In this document: one piece after another, positions 47,535 through 57,455 of the stretch
Layout: the number at the start of each line of letters is the position of its first letter
Position numbering within the stretch: the first letter of the stretch is position 1
NCBI GenBank assembly: GCA_964469405.1
Contig: CAYXYP010000004.1
Coordinates: forward strand, 7,717 to 71,716
Direction: 5' to 3'
Source of the DNA: an uncultured Candidatus Saccharibacteria bacterium
Lineage (GTDB): Bacteria > Patescibacteriota > Minisyncoccia > Phycocordibacterales > Phycocordibacteraceae
Length of the DNA: 64,000 nt
The notes under the pieces: model-generated
What the model was told of the DNA's origin: nothing
The model's database searches: none
The model's input: the letters and a program-made list of their open reading frames with translations, nothing else
Position numbers and translations under genes: made by a program

Positions 47535-48281
47535 ATGAACGCTGTGTACGTCATGTGGCTTAGAGAAATGAAGCGATTTATCCGCTCCCGGAGTCGTATC
47601 GTGGGTGCTTTGGGTCAACCCCTCCTCTTTCTTATTGCGTTTGGTTACGGGTTTGGTCCCGTGTTCGCAAAAGCAGGGCAAGGGAATTATCTGGAGTTTA
47701 TCGCACCGGGCATCATCGGCATGTCGATTATTTTTACCGCGATTTTCAACGGGATGCAGGTTATCTGGGATCGACAGTTCGGATTCCTGAAAGAGACGAT
47801 GGTTGCACCGGTCTCCAGGCTTTCTATCATGTTCGGACGTACGCTTGGCGGAGCAACGGTTGCGAGTATTGAAGGCATGCTCGTACTTATTATCGCCGTC
47901 ATAGTCGGTTTCCGACCCTCGTCGTGGGCTGGCATTGTACCGGCGATTCTTGTGATGTTGCTTATAGCCCTTCTCTTCAGTGCTCTCGGAATCATGGCCG
48001 CTTCGCGGCTGAAAGATATGCAAGGTTTCCAGATCATTATGAATTTTCTTGTGATACCACTCTTCTTTCTTTCGGGAGCTCTCTTCCCTTTGAATACGGT
48101 CCCGTCCGCTCTGCTTTTTGTTGCGCGACTTGACCCTTTGTCATATGGCGTCGATGCGCTGCGCTATTTTCTTATCGGCGTTGCGACATTCCCGATCGCG
48201 CTTGATATCGGCGTTCTCGTTGGGATTACGGCACTCTTCCTCGCGGTTGGTTCGTATTTTTTCTCCCGGATGGAAGTTTAG
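47535..48281 (+). CDS. ABC-2 type exporter permease (DrrB-like)
   Basis: 6 TMs, DRQFGFLKE..APVSR, FFLSGALFP, PLSYGVD; start 47529 or 47535. Confidence 0.9.
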   Translation: MNAVYVMWLREMKRFIRSRSRIVGALGQPLLFLIAFGYGFGPVFAKAGQGNYLEFIAPGIIGMSIIFTAIFNGMQVIWDRQFGFLKETMVAPVSRLSIMFGRTLGGATVASIEGMLVLIIAVIVGFRPSSWAGIVPAILVMLLIALLFSALGIMAASRLKDMQGFQIIMNFLVIPLFFLSGALFPLNTVPSALLFVARLDPLSYGVDALRYFLIGVATFPIALDIGVLVGITALFLAVGSYFFSRMEV

Positions 48282-49021
48282 GATATCGCACGGATAGCAT
48301 CGGTCAATGTATCGACCTGTTTGAAGAATTTAGTATCACGAACATCGCGCGGGCGTAGAAGGTCGACATCAAGCGTCATTTCTATACGTCCCGGATGTGC
48401 CCCCATGACAATAATCTTGTCGGAGAGCTCGATGGTGTCGGGGATAAGGTGATTCACCATAAGGATGGTCATGTTGTAGGAGTGCCATATGTTAATCAGG
48501 TCTGCTTTGAGTGCTTCAGAGGTGATGGTATCAAGATTCGAGAATGGTTCGTCCATGATGAGGAAATCAGGAGAGATTGCGAGAGCTCGCGCGAGGCCAA
48601 CTCTCTGACGCTGACCGCCCGAGAGGGTTGCGGGAAAATGGTTTTCGAGATGTGCGAGGCCAACCTCTTTCAATTTCTCGCGCGCAATACTTTCCCGCTC
48701 TTTGCGTCGCATACCATCCATGTGGAGACCGAAAGCAACATTATCGAGAGCAGAGAGCCAAGGAAAGAGTGCATAGCTCTGGAATACCATCGCAGGTCGT
48801 GAAAAATTTCGCACAATATTGCCACTAGTCTGAGGGAGAAGTCCGAGGATGATGCGCATGAGGGTCGATTTCCCGGCGCCTGATGGGCCGATAACTGATA
48901 CGAATGCACCAGTAGGGACAGAGAATGAAATATCCCTCAAGATAGGTACGCTCACTTCTTCATCACTAAAATTGGCGGAGACGCGCGAGAGGACGAGTGC
49001 CGTTTTGTCAGAGTCAATCAT
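48278..49021 (-). CDS. NitT/TauT-type ABC transporter ATPase
   Basis: GPSGAGKS, FQSYALFPW, LSGGQRQR, MDEPFS. Confidence 0.9.
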   Translation of the reverse strand: MIDSDKTALVLSRVSANFSDEEVSVPILRDISFSVPTGAFVSVIGPSGAGKSTLMRIILGLLPQTSGNIVRNFSRPAMVFQSYALFPWLSALDNVAFGLHMDGMRRKERESIAREKLKEVGLAHLENHFPATLSGGQRQRVGLARALAISPDFLIMDEPFSNLDTITSEALKADLINIWHSYNMTILMVNHLIPDTIELSDKIIVMGAHPGRIEMTLDVDLLRPRDVRDTKFFKQVDTLTDAIRAIS

Positions 49022-49024
49022 AGT

Positions 49025-49774
49025 TTATTCAGCGTATCGCCGGCTGCTTTCGGCGAGGAGTGGGGTCCAAACGAGGCGATTCACTGCAAATACGATGACG
49101 AGAATAGCGAGCATCCCGGCAATCATGGCCTGACTCATACCCGAGACGCTCGCTTCTTTTATAAAGTCGCCGAAACCGGCGATATTCGTAATAATCTCGG
49201 CGCCGATGACCGCTTCCCATCCGATAGCAATGCCAACGATTGATCCGGTAAGTACGGCAGGGAAGGAGAGTGGAGCGAGATAATAGCGGATGCGTTTCGG
49301 TCCTCGCGCGCCAAAAATAGTTGCCGCGTCATTTAAATCTACGTGCGCGCTTTTAATTGCAGTCAGGACGGCGAAGAGGATTGGCCAGACTATGGAGCTC
49401 ACGGCAAAGAAAACGATCATTTCGCTTGTAAAACCGAAAAAGTAGATGAAAAGCGGTATGAGTGCAAATGAAGGAATGTTTTGTAAAACATCAAAAATTG
49501 GGAAAAGCATTTCGCCAAATCGGCCCCAGCCTACGAGGAGCGCGATGGAGACGCCGAGTATGAGTGCAATACCGTAGGCCAATACAAGGCGGTAGGTGGT
49601 CTGCAGGACGGCTTCCCCGATCATCACCCACGTATCGCCTCCGAAGTAGCCAAAGGACGTGAAAAGGACAGCAGCACAAATAATGCCCGTCACGATGAAC
49701 CATGCACGTCGGTGTCGCTTTAGATGAACACGATGCATGGCACGCGTTTGTGGGTGTATGACACTGCGAATCAT
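49025..49774 (-). CDS. NitT/TauT-type ABC transporter permease
   Basis: LQNIPS, DAATIFGA (EAA-like loop), W.AVIGAE. Confidence 0.88.
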   Translation of the reverse strand: MIRSVIHPQTRAMHRVHLKRHRRAWFIVTGIICAAVLFTSFGYFGGDTWVMIGEAVLQTTYRLVLAYGIALILGVSIALLVGWGRFGEMLFPIFDVLQNIPSFALIPLFIYFFGFTSEMIVFFAVSSIVWPILFAVLTAIKSAHVDLNDAATIFGARGPKRIRYYLAPLSFPAVLTGSIVGIAIGWEAVIGAEIITNIAGFGDFIKEASVSGMSQAMIAGMLAILVIVFAVNRLVWTPLLAESSRRYAE

Positions 49775-49928
49775 AGTTCCAAGTATATCTTAGTCGGGAG
49801 CCCGCTGATTTTCGATCGTGCGAACAGCGCATAGTGCACACTCATTGCCAAAGGATGGTGTGGGCCATGATACAATTGCTCTCGATAGCGGGCAGACGTT
49901 ACATATTAAGTATAATTATCTTTAATTC

Positions 49929-50717
49929 ATGAGTATATTTCGAACTATTGGAATCGTCGGCAGCGCTTCTGCACTTCTCTTTTCGGCGACGGTTGCGTTC
50001 GCTCAAGATCGGCCCGTGAATGTAAGAGAGGGTATGAATGAGCCTGCGAAGAATCCGATTAATATGCGTCGCGCGGTAGCTACATCGACAACCGCAACGA
50101 CGACTCGTCGAGAAATCGGCAAAGATTCACTCGAGCATATGAAAACGGTGCGTGAAGAAGCTCAAACGCGCATCAAGGAGCAACAAGAGAAAGCGCAACA
50201 ACGTTTAGGGGATATCAAGGAAAAAGCAAAGCAACAGATGGCAGATCGACTCATCAAGCAGTTCGCAAAAGAAAATGTAAGATGGACCGATCATTTTATG
50301 AAGATGCAGGATCGCCTCGATGCCATCTTGAAGAAGATTCAGGACCGAGCAACCATTGCTGCGAGCAAAGGGAAAGACATTTCTGCAGTCACGGCAGCAA
50401 TTGCATCAGCACAAACTGCAATCGCAACTGCTCGTACTGCGGTAACTACACAGGCTGCTAAGACCTATGCGGTAGATCCATCAGCTATTGTCGTGACAAC
50501 TTCAACTACGACTCCAAGCGGGCAGGAAGAGCTTATGCGAGGCCTACGAGCTTCGTTCAAGAATCTTCACACCGCTTTGTTTAAGGACCTCTTTGCCCTA
50601 CGCGATGGCCCGGTAACGGATGCACGGAAAGCGGTATATAACGCAGCTCAAGTATTGGGTAAAATCCACGGGGTTGATGAAGGGAGTGCGACCTCAACAG
50701 CAAATACGAATCAATAA
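49929..50717 (+). CDS. Secreted alpha-helical/coiled-coil hypothetical protein
   Basis: Signal peptide AFA-Q, T-rich linkers, helical composition. Confidence 0.75.
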   Translation: MSIFRTIGIVGSASALLFSATVAFAQDRPVNVREGMNEPAKNPINMRRAVATSTTATTTRREIGKDSLEHMKTVREEAQTRIKEQQEKAQQRLGDIKEKAKQQMADRLIKQFAKENVRWTDHFMKMQDRLDAILKKIQDRATIAASKGKDISAVTAAIASAQTAIATARTAVTTQAAKTYAVDPSAIVVTTSTTTPSGQEELMRGLRASFKNLHTALFKDLFALRDGPVTDARKAVYNAAQVLGKIHGVDEGSATSTANTNQ

Positions 50718-50735
50718 TCTCTAATTGAAATATCT

Positions 50736-51104
50736 ATGGACAATCAACCAGTAGTAAATGAGCCCGTGAATCAGCCAGTATATGAGCCAGTAAATCAACC
50801 GATACTTCAAGTAATCGACCAAGGTTCCTCACACAATATGTGGTACATCACGGGCGCAGTCGTCGTTATCGCTGGACTCGCTCTATGGTACTACTTGACA
50901 CCGTCTCCGATTATCGTAGATGATACACCCCCGACTATTACGGTGGGTGCAGAGACTTCGGTTGTCGATGTGACGCAGGCCGTACCACTAGTAAGTGGCA
51001 ATTCTGTTGCGAATATTTTGACTGATCTCAGTCAAACTTCGGACGGTTCTGCTGCGCTCAATCAGGCGGCTGCTTCCTCCGCTGAGGCTGTTCAGGGATT
51101 TTAA
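50736..51104 (+). CDS. Single-TM hypothetical protein with N-terminal (V-N/Y-E/Q-P) repeats
   Basis: VNEPVNQPVYEPVNQP followed by one TM. Confidence 0.7.
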   Translation: MDNQPVVNEPVNQPVYEPVNQPILQVIDQGSSHNMWYITGAVVVIAGLALWYYLTPSPIIVDDTPPTITVGAETSVVDVTQAVPLVSGNSVANILTDLSQTSDGSAALNQAAASSAEAVQGF

Positions 51105-51117
51105 GAAAAAATATAGC

Positions 51118-51153
51118 AACGAACGATCGCCGGCTAGCCGGCGATCGTTCGTT
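51118..51153. terminator. Perfect 36-bp palindrome between convergent genes
   Basis: aacgaacgatcgccggct|agccggcgatcgttcgtt. Confidence 0.8.
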
Positions 51154-51172
51154 TGTATAGAGAAAATCTAAC

Positions 51173-51421
51173 TCAGAGTTCTCCGACGATTCCTACAATC
51201 CACTTTTCAACCTTCTGTATTGTCGCATGGATCTTCGGGTACTTCACGGTGTGGGTATCAGTCCATGCGCGGATTTTTGGCGAATGGAGGGAAAGGAGAA
51301 TTACGCCAATAGCAAGGAAGAGGAATCCTTGGAGAAAAGGTAGCACGAGACCAACGAGACCGAGAATAATGAAAAGAATGCCTGCCACAAGCACCAACTT
51401 CTTTTTAATTTTTTTGTACAT
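51173..51421 (-). CDS. Small membrane protein (DUF454/PGPGW-like)
   Basis: GILFIILGLVGLVLPFLQGFLFL. Confidence 0.75.
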   Translation of the reverse strand: MYKKIKKKLVLVAGILFIILGLVGLVLPFLQGFLFLAIGVILLSLHSPKIRAWTDTHTVKYPKIHATIQKVEKWIVGIVGEL

Positions 51422-51827
51422 GATGGCTCCGAGGTCGTTTTTTTGCCAAGCTTTTTTTCAGTTTCTTTAAATCCGAATCTATCACCTCAAGTTCTTCAAC
51501 CACATGCTGCAGAGCACTTTGTTCAGAGTGTACCTCGCTCTCGGTTTTCTCGGTAAGCTTTTTTTCTCGATTAACACCTGACATGATGATGCTGTCTCCT
51601 ATAAAAACTGAAACGAGGAGTCCGGTGAGAAGAAGGATTACGGTGCCGACTACAATAGATATCGGTCCGGAAAACCAAGGAAACAGGTTTGCCGTTTCCC
51701 ACACCCCCCTCCAAAACAGGACAACACCAATACCGCCAATGAATGCATACGGAATTGGGTAGTGACTGAGCGAAATCCGTATCCTATCTTCAAGTTTATC
51801 GAAATAACAAATGATGCTGTTGAGCAT
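51405..51827 (-). CDS. Two-TM hypothetical membrane protein with coiled C-terminus
   Basis: YAFIGGIGVVLFWRGVW; overlaps the next gene. Confidence 0.75.
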   Translation of the reverse strand: MLNSIICYFDKLEDRIRISLSHYPIPYAFIGGIGVVLFWRGVWETANLFPWFSGPISIVVGTVILLLTGLLVSVFIGDSIIMSGVNREKKLTEKTESEVHSEQSALQHVVEELEVIDSDLKKLKKSLAKKRPRSHHVQKN

Positions 51828-51831
51828 GTCC

Positions 51832-52197
51832 TTATACTACCACCGGTTTGTTAGCGTATAGGAAGCCGAGTAATAGTGCGGAGAGTACTACGGCCGGTAG
51901 CATCAGCGAGAGAGGGTCAAACATGAGGTGAGAGCCGATTGCTCCTGTCATAACGATGAGTAATCCGATTGCAGCCATACGCGGCAGACGCGCATCAATG
52001 AGTCGTCCGCACACAAGCCCAAGTGCTCCGGCAAGTTCGATAGTACCAATAACATACATGAACCAAAGCGGATAGCCGAAGTGCGTAAACACCGCCACTT
52101 CCATTGGGCTAGTAGATAATTTCAAAAAACCGACAAAACCGAATGCAAGCGCAAGCAGTCCTGCAAGAACCCAAGACGCAACATTACTTTTTGGCAT
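51832..52197 (-). CDS. DoxX family membrane protein
   Basis: KL..F.HFGYP.W..VIG.IELAGA, M.GAI.SH. Confidence 0.88.
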   Translation of the reverse strand: MPKSNVASWVLAGLLALAFGFVGFLKLSTSPMEVAVFTHFGYPLWFMYVIGTIELAGALGLVCGRLIDARLPRMAAIGLLIVMTGAIGSHLMFDPLSLMLPAVVLSALLLGFLYANKPVVV

Positions 52198-52282
52198 GAA
52201 TACGGTAAGTTACTATTATCTGCTAATAATAACATCCCCTATTGGTTAGAAATCGCTTCCAGTATGCCAGTGTCCCTGCATG

Positions 52283-54067
52283 TTAAACATGCAAACCAAT
52301 CTGTAATTCATAAAGTCTTCGGTATTCTCCACCCTCAATCATGAGGAGCTCTTGATGGGTTCCTGACTCAGTTACCCGGCCTTCTTTGAAGACGAGGATG
52401 ATATCTGCTTTTCGAACTGTACTCAGGCGGTGCGCAATGATAAAAGTGGTTTTGCCTCGCATAAGTTCGTCTAATGATTCGGTGATGATCTTCTCCGAGC
52501 CCGCATCAAGGGCTGAGGTCGGTTCATCGAGGATGAGAATACGTGGATTACGCAGGATCGCTCGAGCGATGGCTACGCGCTGTTTCTGGCCGACGGATAG
52601 TTTTACGCCTCGCTCTCCGACCATTTGCTCCCATTTCTGTGGAAATTTTTCTATAAAAGCTAAAGCATGAGCTTTTACGGTGGCTTGTTGTATTTCTTCA
52701 TCTGTGGCTTCGAAGTTTCCATATTGGACATTCATCCTGATGGAGTCATTGAAAAGAACAACTTCTTGTGGGACGACGCCGATCTGACTACGAAGGCTTC
52801 GAAGGTTAATGTCCCGAATGTCATGACCATCAATAAGCACCTCTCCTTTAGTAGGGAAATGATAGGCTGAAATAAGGTCAATAAGTGTGCTCTTCCCAAC
52901 ACCGGATTCCCCGACAAGAGCCACCACCTGGCCTCCCTTGATAGAGAAAGAAATATCTTCCAATACTCCTTTGCCTTCTTCATACTGGAAAGAGACATTC
53001 TTGAATGTGATGTCCCCTCTGACGGTAAGTTTGATGGATCCCTCTTTATTATAGGGTTCGGTGGGAATCTGAAGAATTTTTTCCGTCTCTTGAATATTTA
53101 CAATGCCATTCTGAATAATCTGCCAGTTTCGGGCGATGGTAGTGAAGGGGCCGAAGACCATCGCCGCATACGCATTGAAAGCAATCAATTCGCCAAGGGT
53201 CATGGTGCCGTGCTGAATATAGGAAACAGACATGATGAAAATAACGATTTGTGTCGTAAGAATCGTCATGCGTTGGTAGAGGGTCAGACTGCTCCAGAGA
53301 TTGGTGAGGCGCATCCAGAGAGGGACCGCACTCTTCATCTTTACGGAGAGCCTGTTTCTCTCATAGTCTTCAGCAGTGGCTTGTTTAATAGCTAATGCAT
53401 TACCGACGACATCAAACGACTCTCCGAAGACGAAATTGAGAACATCCCAGTATTCTTTCTGATAGATAGCAGTGTGCTGTATTTTCGATGAGAATATAAA
53501 AATATAGATAGACACGCCGAGAAGAAGCATGAGTGCTAGAAGTGGCTGCAGATAAAATGCAATAATAAAAGCAATAATGATACTTAGTATCTGAGGAGAG
53601 AGATCGATAACGATACGTCCGGCGATAGTTTCGAGGGCGCTTGCCGCTACGTTGATCTTGCTGCTCACCTCGCCTATTTTATTGGTTTTGTGAAATGAAA
53701 CGGGGAGAAGGAGAAGATATCCGAAGCCGTTACTTAGGTAATCGAGCCAGATAATATTTGAAAATTTCTCACTTAAAATATTAATGCGCCAGTCAAGGGT
53801 GTACGTGATCATTTGGATGATGGCCCACAAGATAAGGATCGCTGCGTAGAGAGGAACAGCGTACGAAAGCAGGTCGACCGTCGCGTGACTGGTAATGACG
53901 TCGAAGAATCTACCGGCGATATAGGGGATGACGCCGTTTCCGATGGCCGAGAAAATGCCCATGACACTAAGAGCTGTAATCTCTTTTTTGTACTGACTAA
54001 TGTATTTCCACAGTACGCGGAGACCGGTATAGAGGTTTTCTTTGCTTATTTTTTCTGCGGTTTCCAT
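52283..54067 (-). CDS. ABC exporter, fused TMD-NBD (MsbA/Sav1866-like)
   Basis: 6 TMs, GESGVGKS, GERGVKLSVGQKQR, LDEPTSALD, IAHRLST. Confidence 0.93.
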   Translation of the reverse strand: METAEKISKENLYTGLRVLWKYISQYKKEITALSVMGIFSAIGNGVIPYIAGRFFDVITSHATVDLLSYAVPLYAAILILWAIIQMITYTLDWRINILSEKFSNIIWLDYLSNGFGYLLLLPVSFHKTNKIGEVSSKINVAASALETIAGRIVIDLSPQILSIIIAFIIAFYLQPLLALMLLLGVSIYIFIFSSKIQHTAIYQKEYWDVLNFVFGESFDVVGNALAIKQATAEDYERNRLSVKMKSAVPLWMRLTNLWSSLTLYQRMTILTTQIVIFIMSVSYIQHGTMTLGELIAFNAYAAMVFGPFTTIARNWQIIQNGIVNIQETEKILQIPTEPYNKEGSIKLTVRGDITFKNVSFQYEEGKGVLEDISFSIKGGQVVALVGESGVGKSTLIDLISAYHFPTKGEVLIDGHDIRDINLRSLRSQIGVVPQEVVLFNDSIRMNVQYGNFEATDEEIQQATVKAHALAFIEKFPQKWEQMVGERGVKLSVGQKQRVAIARAILRNPRILILDEPTSALDAGSEKIITESLDELMRGKTTFIIAHRLSTVRKADIILVFKEGRVTESGTHQELLMIEGGEYRRLYELQIGLHV

Positions 54068-54128
54068 AGTGTTGTAAGTCTAAAATAATTTACCACATCA
54101 AACGTTGAGTAAGAAATATCCTTGCGTG

Positions 54129-55400
54129 CTATCGCCCGGCAAGCTTCGATTTTTGTGATGCGTGGGTTCCGGCGACATACCCAGTCGTCCAGCAAAGTTG
54201 CAGCGAATAACCGCCCGACGGCCGAGTAATATGCAGCAGATCTCCCGTGACGAATAGGTTCTCATAGAGCCGACTTCGCATGGTCCGTGTATCAATTTCG
54301 GTAAGAGAGAGCCCTCCATCAGCCACTACCGCCCGATCGAAGCCCATGAGCCCCGTGATAGTTACTGGAACGTGTTTCAGAAGCTCAATGATCTCTCGCC
54401 GATATTCTTTTGTAACGCTATGGACTTTTGTATCGGGGTTGATATTCGGAAGAAGCGATAGAAGAATTTCGGCTGTACCAGGAGGCGCGATATCTTTGAA
54501 AACGTTTTTGAGCCGTTTATTTTTATTGGTATCAAAAAGTTTAGTGATCTTTTGGTCGAGCGCACCTACATCCAAATCAGGGCACGTGTCGATGGCGGCA
54601 GTGACGTTTCCTTCTTGAAGCATATCAGCCACTTTCCCTGCGCTGTTGAGGATAGTCGGACCGGATATTCCAAAATGGGTGAAAAGAAGTGTCCCCACAG
54701 TCGAAAATTTCTTTGTGCCATGCACAGAGAACGAAATTCTCATCGAAGGAAGGGAAGTACCCGCAAGCCGTTTGACCCACCCCTCTTTCACTTTGAGCGG
54801 AACGATGGTTGGGGTTGGTTTCGCTGTAGCATGTCCAAGCTCGGCGAGCCATGAGAATCCGTCTCCAGTCGAGCCGGTCTCAGGGTGCGAGGCGCCTCCA
54901 GTTGCGAGTATGTAAGAGCTTGCTGAGAAATCTCCTACGCTCGTCTGAACTTTAACTATGCGTCCGTGTGTGCCGACGATCTTTCTTACAGTGATGCCCG
55001 TGCGCACCTCGACATGCGTTTCTGCGAGATACTTTTCGAGTATAGCGACTACGTCAGGTGCGCGCTCGTTTACCGGAAAGACTCGTTTTTGCGCCTCGAC
55101 TTTCAGGGGCAATCCCCGAGATTCAAAAAATGAAAAAGTGTCTGATACTCCAAATTGCGCGAATGTTGAATGGAGAAATTTATCCATCTTTCCGTATTTG
55201 GAGAGGAAGATTCGTACGTCTGCTTCGGCATTCGTGATGTTGCAACGACCACCGCCAGTGATAGCGAGTTTCTCGCCAAGCCGCACATTCTTCTCGAGGA
55301 GTAGAACACGTTTTCCATTTTCGGCGGCGTGGCCGGCCGCCATCATGCCGGATGCTCCACCGCCAATCACGATCACGTCGTAGTGAGAAGTAGACCTCAT
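54129..55400 (-). CDS. BaiN/YhiN (HI0933) family flavoprotein
   Basis: GGGASGMMAA, KLAITGGGRCNITN, ATGG.S.P.TGSTGDG, FTHFGISGP, GGYSLQ. Confidence 0.93.
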   Translation of the reverse strand: MRSTSHYDVIVIGGGASGMMAAGHAAENGKRVLLLEKNVRLGEKLAITGGGRCNITNAEADVRIFLSKYGKMDKFLHSTFAQFGVSDTFSFFESRGLPLKVEAQKRVFPVNERAPDVVAILEKYLAETHVEVRTGITVRKIVGTHGRIVKVQTSVGDFSASSYILATGGASHPETGSTGDGFSWLAELGHATAKPTPTIVPLKVKEGWVKRLAGTSLPSMRISFSVHGTKKFSTVGTLLFTHFGISGPTILNSAGKVADMLQEGNVTAAIDTCPDLDVGALDQKITKLFDTNKNKRLKNVFKDIAPPGTAEILLSLLPNINPDTKVHSVTKEYRREIIELLKHVPVTITGLMGFDRAVVADGGLSLTEIDTRTMRSRLYENLFVTGDLLHITRPSGGYSLQLCWTTGYVAGTHASQKSKLAGR

Positions 55401-55421
55401 TGGGGCTAATGAACGCACGGG

Positions 55422-55781
55422 CTACTTCTCGGTCGAGGAAAGCGCACGAGTTTGAGTCTCGACGAGCGCGATGAGTCGGTCGAGTTTTGTGCTGAGGATA
55501 CCAAATTGCTTTTTCATATCGCCGGTGCCCATGTCTTCGTTATGGGTATTTGGTTCGCGCACGGATGGCGTGAAGGATGGCGTCGGCATATTACTCTTGA
55601 AACAATCGTGGCAGTAGACAGGCTTTTTACCATTCGGGCGAAAGGGAACTTCGCACATCTTGTGGCAGCTATTGCAGGATGCTCTATGCTTTTCAGTTGG
55701 ACGATCGGCATTAAGCGCGGGTGAGCGTTTGCCGCCGAAATTTGTGCGTGGGCCGAAATGTGGTTTCTTAAAATCTTTCAT
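55422..55781 (-). CDS. CxxC-x17-CxxC zinc-ribbon protein
   Basis: CNSCHKMCEVPFRPNGKKPVYCHDCF. Confidence 0.88.
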   Translation of the reverse strand: MKDFKKPHFGPRTNFGGKRSPALNADRPTEKHRASCNSCHKMCEVPFRPNGKKPVYCHDCFKSNMPTPSFTPSVREPNTHNEDMGTGDMKKQFGILSTKLDRLIALVETQTRALSSTEK

Positions 55782-55842
55782 AATGAGGTACTTGTAACCT
55801 GTAGAATAACATGATTTTTAGAAAAAGGCAACCCATCCCAAA

Positions 55843-55877
55843 ATCACAAAACAAAAGGTTGACCATTTGTTTTGTGA
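55843..55877 (-). terminator. Hairpin downstream of the EEP gene
   Basis: tcacaaaacaaa...tttgttttgtga arms. Confidence 0.5.
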
Positions 55878-55928
55878 GGTGTTATTGACTGAGTCAAACC
55901 TAGAACAAGTTATTACTACGAAATCTGA

Positions 55929-56618
55929 CTATATTTCTATAATTGTATAAATAGGGAGATGGTCAGACGCTTGAGAGTCTATGGTTCCGCTTGAGAGTAC
56001 TTTTATATCTGATGTGCAGAATATATAGTCTATTTTTTTTCCGTCAGCGCTGAACTTAGTTGGGTCCCCCTCGGTGTTCACCATGACTTTACCCATATCC
56101 TCTATGATTTTAGTATCAGGCGTTGCATTGAAATCACCCATGACCAACCCGTTTTCTTTTGGTAATACCTTTATCAAATTCTGCACCTGGGTAGTCTGTA
56201 TTTGAGAAGGTTGTTCGGTCGCATATACGAGATGAGTTGAGAAGACTTGTAGGTTCTTACCCTCGATTTTCACCGTTGCTTCGAGTGCAGTCCTCTTCCG
56301 GTCTCCAGATAGGACGTGCACGTTTCTGTCCGAGATCGCATATTTGCTCAATATTGCATTTCCCCACTCCATATTATTCTCTATTTTGTGTTTCTCCAAA
56401 AGGTGAGATATCGAGGGGATCAAGAGGGTAGTAGTCTCGTACACATAGGTATATCCCAGGACGTCCGCGATAGCTTTGGCGCTGTTATTAGCGCCACCTT
56501 CATCTTGTAGGACCTCTTGTAGTCCGATAATGTCTGGTTTTGCCTCGCTTAAGCATTTTATAATTTCTGGTAACTTTCTTCCGCCCCAAATATTCCAAGA
56601 TACGATTTTTAATTGCAT
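55929..56618 (-). CDS. Endonuclease/exonuclease/phosphatase family protein
   Basis: SWNI, LQEV, GNAILSK, THL, GDFN, IDYIF, SDHLP. Confidence 0.93.
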   Translation of the reverse strand: MQLKIVSWNIWGGRKLPEIIKCLSEAKPDIIGLQEVLQDEGGANNSAKAIADVLGYTYVYETTTLLIPSISHLLEKHKIENNMEWGNAILSKYAISDRNVHVLSGDRKRTALEATVKIEGKNLQVFSTHLVYATEQPSQIQTTQVQNLIKVLPKENGLVMGDFNATPDTKIIEDMGKVMVNTEGDPTKFSADGKKIDYIFCTSDIKVLSSGTIDSQASDHLPIYTIIEI

Positions 56619-56731
56619 TGCCCCTGATTATAGCAAATCCTATCCTGAGTCAAGGACCAGTTATGTATAGTGATATATAGTGTCATATGCCCTTGACGGA
56701 GTTTAAATTGCTTAGTGGCACGACGTGGCAA

Positions 56732-57364
56732 CTATCGTAAGAGTGGGAGCAGTACCTGATATACGCGATCAGCAATAAATTTGTTCCCAGCATCATTCGG
56801 GTGGACCGAATCTTCCATGAATTCTTCCTTTCCGAAGAGACTTTGGAGAACATTAGAAACGTAAGCCGTCTGATATTTTTTATGAAGTGCCTCAAATTCG
56901 GACGCAAACTGGTCGCCAAAGAGACTCCCTTTCACTCCAAGCAGCAAAACGATTGCACCCCTTGCGTGGATGTACTCGATAATTTTCGCCAGATTCTGAA
57001 ATGTTGTTTGGATCGGGACCCGTTTAAGATGGTCATTACCGCCCAAGAGAAGAAGCACGACCTTAGGATGGTACCGATCCAGCTCATGGATGCGCGCGAG
57101 CCCGTCTGCAGTTGTGTCGCCAGGAACTCCTAAATTTATAATGGTGCGCCCTGTTCGACGGGACAAAAGCGAGACAAAATCATTCTTACTGGTAGCTCCG
57201 CTTCCCGCCACTAGACTATCCCCGAAGGCAATAATGTCTGTACCTGAGGAAGGGAAATTCGTGATATTTTCGTTGGGATCCGGAGAGAAAAAGAAATACC
57301 AACCAACACCAACAACACAGATGAATGCTACTACCGAAACCCATAGTATGGTCGGACGGCTCAT
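56732..57364 (-). CDS. SGNH/GDSL arylesterase with N-terminal TM
   Basis: FGDSL, GVPGDTT, GGND, DSVHPN. Confidence 0.92.
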   Translation of the reverse strand: MSRPTILWVSVVAFICVVGVGWYFFFSPDPNENITNFPSSGTDIIAFGDSLVAGSGATSKNDFVSLLSRRTGRTIINLGVPGDTTADGLARIHELDRYHPKVVLLLLGGNDHLKRVPIQTTFQNLAKIIEYIHARGAIVLLLGVKGSLFGDQFASEFEALHKKYQTAYVSNVLQSLFGKEEFMEDSVHPNDAGNKFIADRVYQVLLPLLR

Positions 57365-57455
57365 GTCCCCATCATAACCTCTTTCCTTTTCAATGGCTGA
57401 CGAACTGAGAGTTTAGCTGATCATGTCGTACGGTGGGAATCGTGATCAGACCCGG

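Noticed and set aside
55929-56618. EEP nuclease or NUDIX as anti-phage defence genes
   Set aside because: Isolated common families with no defence-type partner genes nearby.
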